Of a stretch of 64,000 nt of DNA, positions 49,301 through 57,485 are shown in pieces (positions within the stretch are counted from its first letter, which is position 1; every line of letters starts with the position of its first letter). The notes below the pieces were generated by a model. The model did no database searches. It was not told the DNA's origin and saw nothing but the letters and a program-made list of their open reading frames with translations. The position numbers and the translations under genes were made by a program. This DNA is from an uncultured Gemmatimonadales bacterium (GTDB lineage: Bacteria > Gemmatimonadota > Gemmatimonadetes > Gemmatimonadales > GWC2-71-9), in assembly GCA_963695555.1 (NCBI GenBank), contig CAVOGR010000007.1:608001-672000 (forward strand), given 5' to 3'.

Positions 49301-50286
49301 GAAAAGATGGCCGGATCGAAGGTCCAGCCGGCGAACCGATCGAACTCGCCGTCGTAGGTGGTGCCCAACGCGAACGGGAGGATGACGCCCGCCCAGTTGG
49401 TGCCCGCCGAGGCGACGTCCATGTCCGTGCCGAATGCGGCAAACAATGGATCGACCGTGTACCCGTCGGTGGGCAAGGTGATTCCGCTCGCGGCATTGTT
49501 CCGCGAATGGAACTCCTGAGCGCTTTCCACCAGGATATCGACCATCGAGGGCCGGATCCCCTGGGCCTCGTAGTCGCTCCGGTTGAGCGAGCTCACGTTA
49601 TAGAAGGTGTAGATGTAGTAGAGCAGGTCTTCATTCCCGGAGGGGAAGTTCCAGCCGAGCCCCCGGGTCTCGACGACCACGCCCAGCGGGTGCGGCCGCC
49701 CGGCCGAGAATGACGGATCGCCGTCCCAGGACATGAACCAGATGTCGCCCTGCGAGGCCGAGACCCGGCCCTGGAGCAGACTCTGGAACACATCCGCCTG
49801 CGGGTCGGGCGACGACGGCACCCGGGCTGGGTGGTTCGGGTCGGCGTTCACCTCCGCAAAATCAGAGGGGTTGTTCATGTTGTAGATCGGCCGGACCTCG
49901 AGGCCGTGCTGGGTGGTGCCCTTCGGATCGAAGAAGAACGCACCCGTAGTGTCGCCGGCCCACGGGCCGCCGTCGGTGCCAATGATCCCGGCCAGCTGGA
50001 GGCCCGTATTGAAGACGTACTGGTCGGCCGTCCCCTTGGGCCAGAACCCGCCACCGATGGTCGACGAGTTGGTCGAGTCAACGCAGATCTGCCCGTCGCT
50101 GCTCAGACCGCAGTAGATCCGGTTGATGGTCATCGCGCCCAGGCTCCGCGCGAACAGGCGGAACCCCCGCTTGGCGTTAGCTCCCGGCTCCGGCACCGCC
50201 GACGCCGTGGTCGGCGCTACCGCCGCCAGCACGAACGCCAGGAGTGTGGCCAGCAGGGCGCTGCGCGAACGAAATGTTGAATGCAT
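46384..50286 (-). CDS. Large secreted protein (about 1300 aa) with FN3-like domain and C-terminal T9SS-CTD/FlgD-Ig-like domain
   Basis: Signal peptide; VTVLW...EGYRVYR...YFYSVTAFD (FN3-like); C-terminus VPDPY...IKFVNLP...IRIYSSSGVLV...WNVRN...VASGVYFYHI. Confidence 0.75.
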   Translation of the reverse strand: MHSTFRSRSALLATLLAFVLAAVAPTTASAVPEPGANAKRGFRLFARSLGAMTINRIYCGLSSDGQICVDSTNSSTIGGGFWPKGTADQYVFNTGLQLAGIIGTDGGPWAGDTTGAFFFDPKGTTQHGLEVRPIYNMNNPSDFAEVNADPNHPARVPSSPDPQADVFQSLLQGRVSASQGDIWFMSWDGDPSFSAGRPHPLGVVVETRGLGWNFPSGNEDLLYYIYTFYNVSSLNRSDYEAQGIRPSMVDILVESAQEFHSRNNAASGITLPTDGYTVDPLFAAFGTDMDVASAGTNWAGVILPFALGTTYDGEFDRFAGWTFDPAIFSAPFFAGSGFVGVKYLKSPTGAGAIQLYSNTENGGQFGDPQNTTQLYRYLSGQISVAAGDEPCNSGDPTQSRICYLNNSRHFDMRFYQSSTPLALTPGGLGTIVVSYIFAAPVAVGGCVAGPCGDLPPGQQVVGNDPIHGNPQLMTSPGVPITDSIAGYLGFNDANADGEVTQDEYLVVPGSLLGKSLTAQAIFDAQFLLPFAPDSPDFFLVPNDNQVTVLWRPTVSEANGDPFFSVASDPTNALYDPNYREFDVEGYRVYRGRVDAPNELQLIAQFDYTGTSISDYAGQINPDVLCAPEIAITANCAVSFGPFTPGLPRIEFVEIPLVGEIVQVKLGERTALADGTAIVLVADTAVTGNSAGYPQLSDAGVPFVYVDNSVRSNFRYFYSVTAFDINSWQSGPSNLESARNTKAVVPRAPASNYENEATVIAGIFGRDQLLDHTSPSPALDPVTGRFAGPFPASNAWEIGLAGFVKEVLSQPGALTARLDSIVLGSPYSSPALPHQYWITADAGGAAVSLMLPITQPAEIGLQSASANLPSIQVDGTLASRYGGSAAYSLAGAMSMEMEGPDYHSLYGRGCVNGRRNFGGDGECAYNGSRWFDGPSPQNNETMADPISGNTANFSGDPMTNYNNGGELTGVSLIHNTQAYQSVGGGEMRPAEGIRSGARRAADFNVYWGAGGTVDSVIDVTHNVEVPFAADHLAGTWGILNQSAALPSAGSYDARDELTYTDLHCIAPMNQPGYSPGSANCSGGPTYTLSRTAIPGPVVPFSPSLSASRTDPVWADAGFGIYLSGDFFTMAMAGGGVPAAGTVWSLRSYIGGIVGGNGDGGNYGSYIFNQDFNPPRSWTAVGTELRVQFDLTNKVNAASVNDLSRVHTVPDPYYVTNEFETTTVSKVIKFVNLPEQAIIRIYSSSGVLVALLEHNSTQFGGFEDWNVRNRNNQVVASGVYFYHIESGDARRVGRMTVVNFAQ

Positions 50287-50376
50287 GGCGTCCTCTCTCA
50301 AATGAAACATGTACGACGGCACGGCGGGTGACCTCCGGAGACTCGCTCCAGAGGCCGCCCGACCTGCCGCCATCCC

Positions 50377-53300
50377 TTAGAAGTTCAATTCAAAGCCCAA
50401 CCGGAGACGACGCGGCGTCCCGGTGAAGGCGTGAAGCCCATTGCCCTGCAAGTACGACGCATCCGACGCAGCGCGCTGTTCGGCCAACGTGAAGACCCCG
50501 TCGCCGTTTCCGTAGCGCTGCTCGGCACGGATGATGTAGATGCAGTTCGGCGCGTTCGGCTCGCCGCCCTGGTTGGTCCAGTTGCCGCACATGCCCGTCT
50601 GATTGGGCGTTCCGGTACCGAACGACATGTCCATCACGCCGGACGCATCGTCGTACACGTTGTTCCTGATCGCTTCGTTCGCCCACTGCGAGCTGTCCAC
50701 TCTCCAGATCCGCTCCTCGTTTGCCGCACTGCGGATGTCGTTCGTGGCGGCAAACACCTGGGTGATGTTCTCCAGGTTGAGGATGTTCCGGGCATCCGCG
50801 TACACCGTCACGTCGAGGCCGCGGAGCTGGAAGCCCTTGGTGAGCCGGAGGTCGAACTGCTTGAAGGTCGGCAACCGGGCGCCGTTCTGGTCGCCCTCGA
50901 ACTCCCGGGAGCAGACCGCGCCCGACAGCGTTGCCTCGTTGCCGCTCTCCGGCGGGCAGCGGGTGTAGGCCGTGCCGCTGGCCACCCGGAACGTCCCGAA
51001 CAGGCCGACGTTCTTCAGAATCCCACCGAGCGCTGTGCCTTCTTTCCAATCGTTCGGGAAGGTCAGCGCGAACGACCCGGCCAGGTTGTGCGGCCGGCTC
51101 GAGTTGAGCGGCAGAATCGCCTGCGGCGGCGGCTGGTTGCCGCCAGTGACCTGCTGCACGATACGCGAACCGAAGTTGATGTAGGTCCGCGGGTCGCTGC
51201 CGGTGGCCTTCGCATCCTGGAAGGTGTACGCCACCGAGCCGTTGAACATGTTCCCGAACCGCCGGTCGAGCCGGAGGTCGATACCCTTGGTGTTGCCGAA
51301 GTCGGCGTTGGTCATCAAGCGGATGTCCTGCTTGATGTTCTTGGCCGGGTCGGTCAGCCGGACGAGCCGGCCCGCGGCGTTCGAGATGTTGTCCTTGTTG
51401 TACGCCGCGATGTCCAGCACCATGTCGTCGTTGAACGAGTGACGGATGCCGAACTCGAACGTGATGGTCCGGCCGAAGTCGAGGTCGGCGCCATACACGT
51501 GGTTGGTGTTGGTGATTGCGAGATCGGTGTTGGTCCCGCCCAGGATCAGACCGAAGTCCGGCGTCTGCACCTGGTGAGCGTACGACAGCCGGAAGTTGGT
51601 CCGCTCGGTCACCGGGAAGGCGACCTGGATGTGCGGGCTCAAGTAGTTGTGGCTCTCGTCCTTCCGGAAGATGGTCAGCTCACGCCCATCGGACGCCGTG
51701 CCCTGATAGGTGCTGGTCCGCGGGAAGTAGACGTACTCGTTGAAGGTCTCGCTGTTCGCATCTAAATCCAGCAGATACGGACGCTCGGCCTTGCTGTCGT
51801 AGTAGTCGTACCGCAACCCGCCGACGAGTACCACGTCGCCCAGGTCCAGACGATCCTCGATGAAGGCGTTCCACCGGACCGGCTCTCCCTTGAACACTTC
51901 GGAGAAGGCCTGGCTAGTCAGCGTGTGCGAGTAGATGAACATGTCGTACTTGGTGTACTCGCCGCCCAGCTTGATCCGGTTGTAGCGATCGAGCTGCCAA
52001 TCGAGGTTGGCCTTCCCGATGTAGCGGTCTTCCTTGAACAACTGAAGCCGGCCCTGGGGGCCGCCGCCTTCGGAGACGCCCAGGCGCCCCTCGGCGTTGT
52101 TCCGGTAGTTGTCGATCTCGTTGTACTGGTCGCGCTCCTCGAGATTGAACGGACTCCGCCGCGAACCGTTGATGTTGTCGCGGTAGTTCTCGATCAACTG
52201 GTCGTTGAGCGGGAAGTTGTCGAAATCGAACAGGAATTCGTAGGGCTTGATGTAGAACCCGCCGAACGGCTGATAGCTGGCGCGCTCAGTCTCGCGGGTG
52301 AGCGGCGAGAAGATCTGCCGGTCTGTCTGATACGAGCCGAAGACCTCGAGCGCCAAGGCCCGCTCAGCCGACTTGGACAGGTTCTGGGTCCAGTTGACCG
52401 TCAGGTTCCGGTTCCAGTTCCGCGTCGCGAAGGCGTCGGCGGGATTGGACTGGTCGAAGTCGTTCCGGTTCTGGTCTTGCGTTGCCAGACCCGTGACCGA
52501 GATCCGCGAACCGCCGGCGAAGCTGTAGTTGAGCTTACCGCTCAGTTTCCAGTTGGTCGCCCCGGTGGCCGGCCGCCGGATGCCCTTGGCATCGTAGCCG
52601 TAGTTGCTGGCGATGCCCGCATTGGTGCTGTTGGCAAAGTCATCGACCTTGCCGGTATAGACCGCGTACTGTTCGACATCCACCCACGTGGTGTCGGCAC
52701 CGGCCGAAAAACTCGACGGTACCGCCACCGTGGTGTCGACCCCGGCCCGGACGAAGATCGGGAACTTGTCGCGATCCATCCCACCGGTGAATGACCGGAA
52801 GCCTTCGAGTTGGCCACCCAAGAAGAAGGTCAGCCCACCCGCAATCGGGCCGGCTAGCGAACCGTTGACAAAGTTCTGGCCGGGCATGGTGCCGCCAAAC
52901 ATCTCGTCGGTCCCGTACCCCAGCGAGCCGGTGAAGGCCGGCCCACCGGTCCGGGTCGAGATCGAGATGACGCCGGACTGGGCGTTGCCGAACTCGGCCG
53001 AGGACGACCCGGTGGTGATCGAGGCCTCCTCGAAGGCATTGGTGGCCACGAGGTCGGTGCCGGCGTTCCCGCTGCCCATGACGAACCCGGTGCCGCGGTT
53101 GCCGGCCGTGGTCGGCACGCCGTCGATGTAGATCACGGCCTCATCCGACCGGCCGCCCCGGATCGACAGCGTCCCACCGCCCTGGCTCGCCACCACGCCG
53201 GCTTGAAGCGCCAGTGCGTTCTGGATGCGGTCCACCGGCAGTTTGTCGCCGAAGTTGCCGCCCAGGCGCTGCTTGGTGGTGACCTCGTCGCGCGGCACCA

Positions 53301-53697
53301 GCGGTTGTGTTGCCGCCGTCACGGTCAACTCCTCGACCTGGAACGGTGTCGCCTCGAGCACGATGTCTTGGGTAACCGTCTGGCCGCCCAGGACTCGCAC
53401 GTTGGTCACCTGGGTCGACTTGTAACCGATAAAGCCGCCCTGCAAGGTGTACGTGCTCGCGGGAACATTGTTGATGAAGTAGTAGCCTTGAGGCGTTGTC
53501 TGGGCTTGGAAAGTCGTGCCCACGATAAATACCTGCGCATTCGCGATAGGTGCGCCAGCCTGATCTCGCACCCTGCCTTCGAGTTTCCCAGTCGTGCCCT
53601 GCGCCATGAGGGTCGAGGCCCCCAGCAGGGTCAGGACTGTCACGAGCACGCTCGCGCGGGCCCGTCGGACGAAGGCGCTCACACAACGTTGGGTCAT
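50377..53697 (-). CDS. TonB-dependent receptor with carboxypeptidase-regulatory-like N-domain
   Basis: Signal LMA|Q; SIRGGRSDE, AEFGNAQSGVI, GLRYDYYD, LSPHIQVAFP, RLRLGFELNF; AGGAGG RBS. Confidence 0.9.
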   Translation of the reverse strand: MTQRCVSAFVRRARASVLVTVLTLLGASTLMAQGTTGKLEGRVRDQAGAPIANAQVFIVGTTFQAQTTPQGYYFINNVPASTYTLQGGFIGYKSTQVTNVRVLGGQTVTQDIVLEATPFQVEELTVTAATQPLVPRDEVTTKQRLGGNFGDKLPVDRIQNALALQAGVVASQGGGTLSIRGGRSDEAVIYIDGVPTTAGNRGTGFVMGSGNAGTDLVATNAFEEASITTGSSSAEFGNAQSGVISISTRTGGPAFTGSLGYGTDEMFGGTMPGQNFVNGSLAGPIAGGLTFFLGGQLEGFRSFTGGMDRDKFPIFVRAGVDTTVAVPSSFSAGADTTWVDVEQYAVYTGKVDDFANSTNAGIASNYGYDAKGIRRPATGATNWKLSGKLNYSFAGGSRISVTGLATQDQNRNDFDQSNPADAFATRNWNRNLTVNWTQNLSKSAERALALEVFGSYQTDRQIFSPLTRETERASYQPFGGFYIKPYEFLFDFDNFPLNDQLIENYRDNINGSRRSPFNLEERDQYNEIDNYRNNAEGRLGVSEGGGPQGRLQLFKEDRYIGKANLDWQLDRYNRIKLGGEYTKYDMFIYSHTLTSQAFSEVFKGEPVRWNAFIEDRLDLGDVVLVGGLRYDYYDSKAERPYLLDLDANSETFNEYVYFPRTSTYQGTASDGRELTIFRKDESHNYLSPHIQVAFPVTERTNFRLSYAHQVQTPDFGLILGGTNTDLAITNTNHVYGADLDFGRTITFEFGIRHSFNDDMVLDIAAYNKDNISNAAGRLVRLTDPAKNIKQDIRLMTNADFGNTKGIDLRLDRRFGNMFNGSVAYTFQDAKATGSDPRTYINFGSRIVQQVTGGNQPPPQAILPLNSSRPHNLAGSFALTFPNDWKEGTALGGILKNVGLFGTFRVASGTAYTRCPPESGNEATLSGAVCSREFEGDQNGARLPTFKQFDLRLTKGFQLRGLDVTVYADARNILNLENITQVFAATNDIRSAANEERIWRVDSSQWANEAIRNNVYDDASGVMDMSFGTGTPNQTGMCGNWTNQGGEPNAPNCIYIIRAEQRYGNGDGVFTLAEQRAASDASYLQGNGLHAFTGTPRRLRLGFELNF

Positions 53698-53901
53698 GGA
53701 AACGTCCTCCTACAAAGTGAAACGCAACAATCCACCAAAGAGCTTATGAAGCCAAACGCGTGCATCCCCCTTCCGACGCGTGCCGTCTTGGGGATGCGAC
53801 TGCGCTGCCCAGCGAAACCTGCGTGTGCTAGTAGAGAGCTCTAAACCAACTCGTTCTAAATATCCTCGGAAACGCCGGCCGCGGCCCGACCGACGCAGGC
53901 A

Positions 53902-53929
53902 ATATTACGCACGCCTTGGCCGCTGTCAA
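53902..53929 (-). promoter_or_regulatory. Candidate sigma70 promoter of TBDR-CTD-porV cluster
   Basis: TTGACA-N16-TAATAT on the minus strand, about 200 bp upstream of the ATG. Confidence 0.6.
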
Positions 53930-54068
53930 GGAACCGTCACAGAACCGTAACCAGTTGAAACGATTCAACATGAATCCGCGACCGCCCGATTCCCGGCCGG
54001 TTCGGCCACCGGCATGGGACTGGGCGGACGCGCCAGTATAACCCGAGATCGAGGGCTTGGTAAGCCCC

Positions 54069-55250
54069 TCACCCGGCCGGGGTTATGAGCTCAACCTGGG
54101 GCCTGGCCGGAGTCACGACCGGGCCCGTAAGTGCCCAGTACATATTGATTTCGCTCCGCATACCGACATCGCCAGGCAGGTAGATTCCCGGTTCGATCGA
54201 AAAGCCCACCCCCGGCATGAGAAGGCGGTCGTCCAGTGTTTCGTAGCTGTCCAGGTGGGGACCCGATCCGTGGAGCTCCCGGTCGATGGAGTGCCCGGTC
54301 CGGTGGACGAAGGCCTCCCCGAAGCCCGCCGCCTCGATGACGGCGCGAGCGGCCTGATCCACCTGGTAGCCGGCCAGCGGCCGGCCCTCTGCTGCCGCGT
54401 CCATCACGGCGGCGATGCCCTGATCTCGGGCCTCCCGCACCGTACGCCAGATTCGCTGGATCCGCTCCGGAGGATTGGCGCCCGCGAAGCCCATCCAGGT
54501 CTGGTCGGCGAAAACGGTGGTCTTGGTCCGGCCGGCCCAGAGGTCGAGCAGCACCACGTCGCCGTCCCGGAGGGTCGCGTCCTTCCCTGCCATAGGCTCG
54601 TAATGAGGATTGGCACAATTGGCCCCGAAGGCCACGATCGGTAGGGTGTCGAGCTCGAGCCCCCCCGCCTCCATGGCCCGGATGACCTCCGCCTGCATGG
54701 CCGATTCGGTCAGCCCTTCATTAATAGAGGAAACCGCCTTTCTGATCGCATCCTGCGCAACCCGGGCCAGTACCTCCGCGGCAAAGGTGTGGTCCTCGAC
54801 CTCCGATGGCTGCCAGCGGGCGGCGAACCGGGTCACCAGCGGGGCCGACGAGACCACGGTCCCGCCCAGCTTGGTGATGAGTTGGACCACGCCGTGAGGG
54901 ACCCGGTCCAGGTAGGGAACGGCGTCCTCGGTGCTCACCTCCATCGCAATGGTACGGCCCGCCACCAGAGGCTCGAGCGCCTTGTGAAGCTCCTCCCAGC
55001 GGGCGTAGGGCACCACCTTCCCCGGGAACCCCTCGACCGGCTGGAGCTCGATCTTGTGGGCCACCGCCACGAAGTCGCCGGCGGCCGGCAGCAGCACGAA
55101 CAGGCGCCGGGTGGCCAGGCCGCCGGAAATTCCCAATACCCGGTTGGTGACGGGATTGATGCCGTGGAAATCGAACAGGAGCCAGGCGTCGGCGCCGATC
55201 TCTCGCAGGGTTTCGGCCAACTCGGCGCGGTCGAGCGTAACTGGACTCAT
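54069..55250 (-). CDS. M24-family Xaa-Pro aminopeptidase
   Basis: NPHY, LLDLW, ADQT, HRTGHSI, FSIEPGIY, RSE. Confidence 0.9.
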   Translation of the reverse strand: MSPVTLDRAELAETLREIGADAWLLFDFHGINPVTNRVLGISGGLATRRLFVLLPAAGDFVAVAHKIELQPVEGFPGKVVPYARWEELHKALEPLVAGRTIAMEVSTEDAVPYLDRVPHGVVQLITKLGGTVVSSAPLVTRFAARWQPSEVEDHTFAAEVLARVAQDAIRKAVSSINEGLTESAMQAEVIRAMEAGGLELDTLPIVAFGANCANPHYEPMAGKDATLRDGDVVLLDLWAGRTKTTVFADQTWMGFAGANPPERIQRIWRTVREARDQGIAAVMDAAAEGRPLAGYQVDQAARAVIEAAGFGEAFVHRTGHSIDRELHGSGPHLDSYETLDDRLLMPGVGFSIEPGIYLPGDVGMRSEINMYWALTGPVVTPARPQVELITPAG

Positions 55251-55891
55251 GTAGTCTCCTCAGCCGCAAGGCTCCGCCAGCGACACTCCGGGTCGCCACG
55301 GCCGCAGCAGTTGTCGTGGACCAAGGCACCCTCGAACCCAGTGAGGAACCTCAGCAATTCGTGCAGCGCGGCGCCGTAAAAGGTGCAGGCACGTCCTCCG
55401 AAGCCAAGGGCGGGGGACGCGTCGGCCGCCATCTCCGCCTCCGCTCGGCCGGCACCGATGGTGAGCCGGGCGCCGAAGACGCGCCGCGAGAGCTTGGCGG
55501 CTCCTCGCGAGCCAACCCAAGACCTGACCACGTGCGGGGTGGCCCGACTGAGCACCCGGAAGGGCAGGCCCACCGATCGCGCGGCGTGTCGCGCGGCCCG
55601 CCGACCTGCGTCGGCCAGCACCAAGTCGGCGTCGGCCCGCCGGTCCACCAGCCGAAACACCGACGCCACCTCGTCGAACGGCACCCGCGCATCCCGGCGC
55701 GCCAACACTTGGTACCGCTCGATCTGACTGGCCACCGTGGAGCTCAACCCCAGTCGCTGCGTACGGGTCTCGTGGTTCGTCGCATCGACGCCGTCTTCCA
55801 CCGGACGGTCGAGACTACGCATGGCCTCGAGCAGGCTGAGAGGAAACACGGCATGCGCCGAATGGTTGGCAACGACCGGCCGATTGGTCAC
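55247..55891 (-). CDS. Hypothetical protein with V4R-like C-terminus
   Basis: ACTFYG...HDNCCGRGDPECRW resembles the V4R Cys motif; overlaps peptidase start. Start uncertain. Confidence 0.5.
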   Translation of the reverse strand: MTNRPVVANHSAHAVFPLSLLEAMRSLDRPVEDGVDATNHETRTQRLGLSSTVASQIERYQVLARRDARVPFDEVASVFRLVDRRADADLVLADAGRRAARHAARSVGLPFRVLSRATPHVVRSWVGSRGAAKLSRRVFGARLTIGAGRAEAEMAADASPALGFGGRACTFYGAALHELLRFLTGFEGALVHDNCCGRGDPECRWRSLAAEETT

Positions 55892-55976
55892 AGGTGCAGA
55901 ACTTAGCGCTGCCCGGCCAGCCGGACCAGGCCGTCCACGCTTGCGGTGCGTGCGCTCCAAGGGAAACATTCCTCTC

Positions 55977-56543
55977 ATGACTCCGCCCGCCGAACTCACC
56001 GCCTCCTTCGAGGCCGAGGTGCTTCCTCACCTCGACACGCTGTACCGGGTCGCGCTCAGGTTGGCGGGCGACCACCATCGGGCGGAAGATCTGGTCCAGG
56101 ACACGATGCTGAAGGCCTTCCGCGCCTGGCATACCTACCGCCAGGGAACCAACGCGCGCGCCTGGCTGTTGACGATATTGCGAAACACGTTCATCAACGA
56201 GTACCGCAAGCAAGCCCGGGCGCCCACCCCGGTCGACTTCGAGGCCGCCGACCCCATGGCTATCTACCGGGCGGTCGCGGGGACCGACCCCGAAGGCAGC
56301 TTCTTCTCCCACATCATCGACGACCAGGTGTGGGCCGCGATCGACGCGCTCCCCGAGGAATTCCGGGAGGTTGTTGTCTTGAGCGACGTGGAGGAACTGC
56401 CGTATGGGGAAATCGCCGGCCTGCTGGGTATACCAGTTGGAACAGTGAAATCGCGACTTCATCGCGCGAGGCGCGTGCTGCAACAGGCGCTCTACCAGCA
56501 CGCCGTCGAGATGGGATACATCCGCGCCCGGGAGGATGCGTGA
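55977..56543 (+). CDS. ECF sigma factor (SigR/SigH-like)
   Basis: AEDLVQDTMLKAF, AWLLTILRNTFIN, GTVKSRLHRAR. Confidence 0.92.
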   Translation: MTPPAELTASFEAEVLPHLDTLYRVALRLAGDHHRAEDLVQDTMLKAFRAWHTYRQGTNARAWLLTILRNTFINEYRKQARAPTPVDFEAADPMAIYRAVAGTDPEGSFFSHIIDDQVWAAIDALPEEFREVVVLSDVEELPYGEIAGLLGIPVGTVKSRLHRARRVLQQALYQHAVEMGYIRAREDA

Positions 56544-56794
56544 CGTTGGATATGGATTGCCGAAGCGCGGCGGAGGTGCTCCACGAATATCTCCGCCACG
56601 AATTGACACCCGAGATCGCGGAGCAGGTCCGGGCGCATATCGAGAAGTGCCGACACTGTCTCGATTCCGTGCACTTCGAGCAGAATTACTTGGCCCTGCT
56701 GGAAGCGAAGGCCAAGGCGCAGTGCTGCCCGGACGAGGTCCGCGAGCGAATTCTCGCCACCCTCCGGAGCGCGGCCCAGAGCGGGGAACCATAG
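56540..56794 (+). CDS. Zinc-binding anti-sigma factor (ZAS, zf-HC2)
   Basis: HIEKCRHC (HxxxCxxC), extra Cys, no TM; GTGA overlap with sigma stop. Confidence 0.85.
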   Translation: MTLDMDCRSAAEVLHEYLRHELTPEIAEQVRAHIEKCRHCLDSVHFEQNYLALLEAKAKAQCCPDEVRERILATLRSAAQSGEP

Positions 56795-56967
56795 CACCTG
56801 GACTTGGGCCCTGCGGTCCTCGTCGCGGCGGCACTGCGCCTGCTCGGCATGGCGACCGGTTCATTGCTGGGGGCGGTCGCGCAAGGGAAATTCCGGTGTG
56901 CCGCATGCCAACGTCCGAGCGAGCGGACCATCCATCAGTGCGGTATGCCTACCATTGTCGAGAAGGG

Positions 56968-57465
56968 ATGGCGGTGGTTTTCAAACGACTTGGTCAGTTT
57001 CTGCGCCATCGGCATCGCAGCCTCCGTCGGCTGGGCGGTGTGGCTTTGGTGAGCCTGTCACTGCTCGCGCTTCTGGGCTGTGGCGCACACGACCGCGTCC
57101 CCACCGGCCCAGGTACCGCCTCGCCCACGCCGGGCGGACGCGGAACCCGCACCGGCGACACTCAGCTCCTGATCGGCACCTGGGAAAACATCCAGCTCAT
57201 CGCCGTTGTGGGTGACATCATCCGGGTCACCACCACCTGGGAGTTCCGGGCTGATGCAACGTGCCGCCACACCACCGTCCGATTGTCCCTCGCCGAGGGC
57301 GTGCCCCTCACCCAAGTTCGCGACTGCCGCTACCAAGTGCCGGGATCCGTGGTTCGCGTGACGTATGACGGCGCGCCCGAGAGTATCGACTTCGACTTCT
57401 CGCTCGCCAACTTCTCCCCCGATCGGCTCGTGCTCGGCGGCTTCGAGTTCGAGCGGCTTCACTGA
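56968..57465 (+). CDS. Hypothetical lipoprotein (lipocalin-like beta barrel)
   Basis: Lipobox LLGC; LIGTW motif; Cys pair. Confidence 0.55.
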   Translation: MAVVFKRLGQFLRHRHRSLRRLGGVALVSLSLLALLGCGAHDRVPTGPGTASPTPGGRGTRTGDTQLLIGTWENIQLIAVVGDIIRVTTTWEFRADATCRHTTVRLSLAEGVPLTQVRDCRYQVPGSVVRVTYDGAPESIDFDFSLANFSPDRLVLGGFEFERLH

Positions 57466-57485
57466 TCGGCCGACCCCAATCCACC

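Noticed and set aside
56883..56900. AAGGGAAATTCCGGTG resembling part of a cobalamin riboswitch
   Set aside because: The other conserved elements (AAxTCC, GCxACTG box) were not found.
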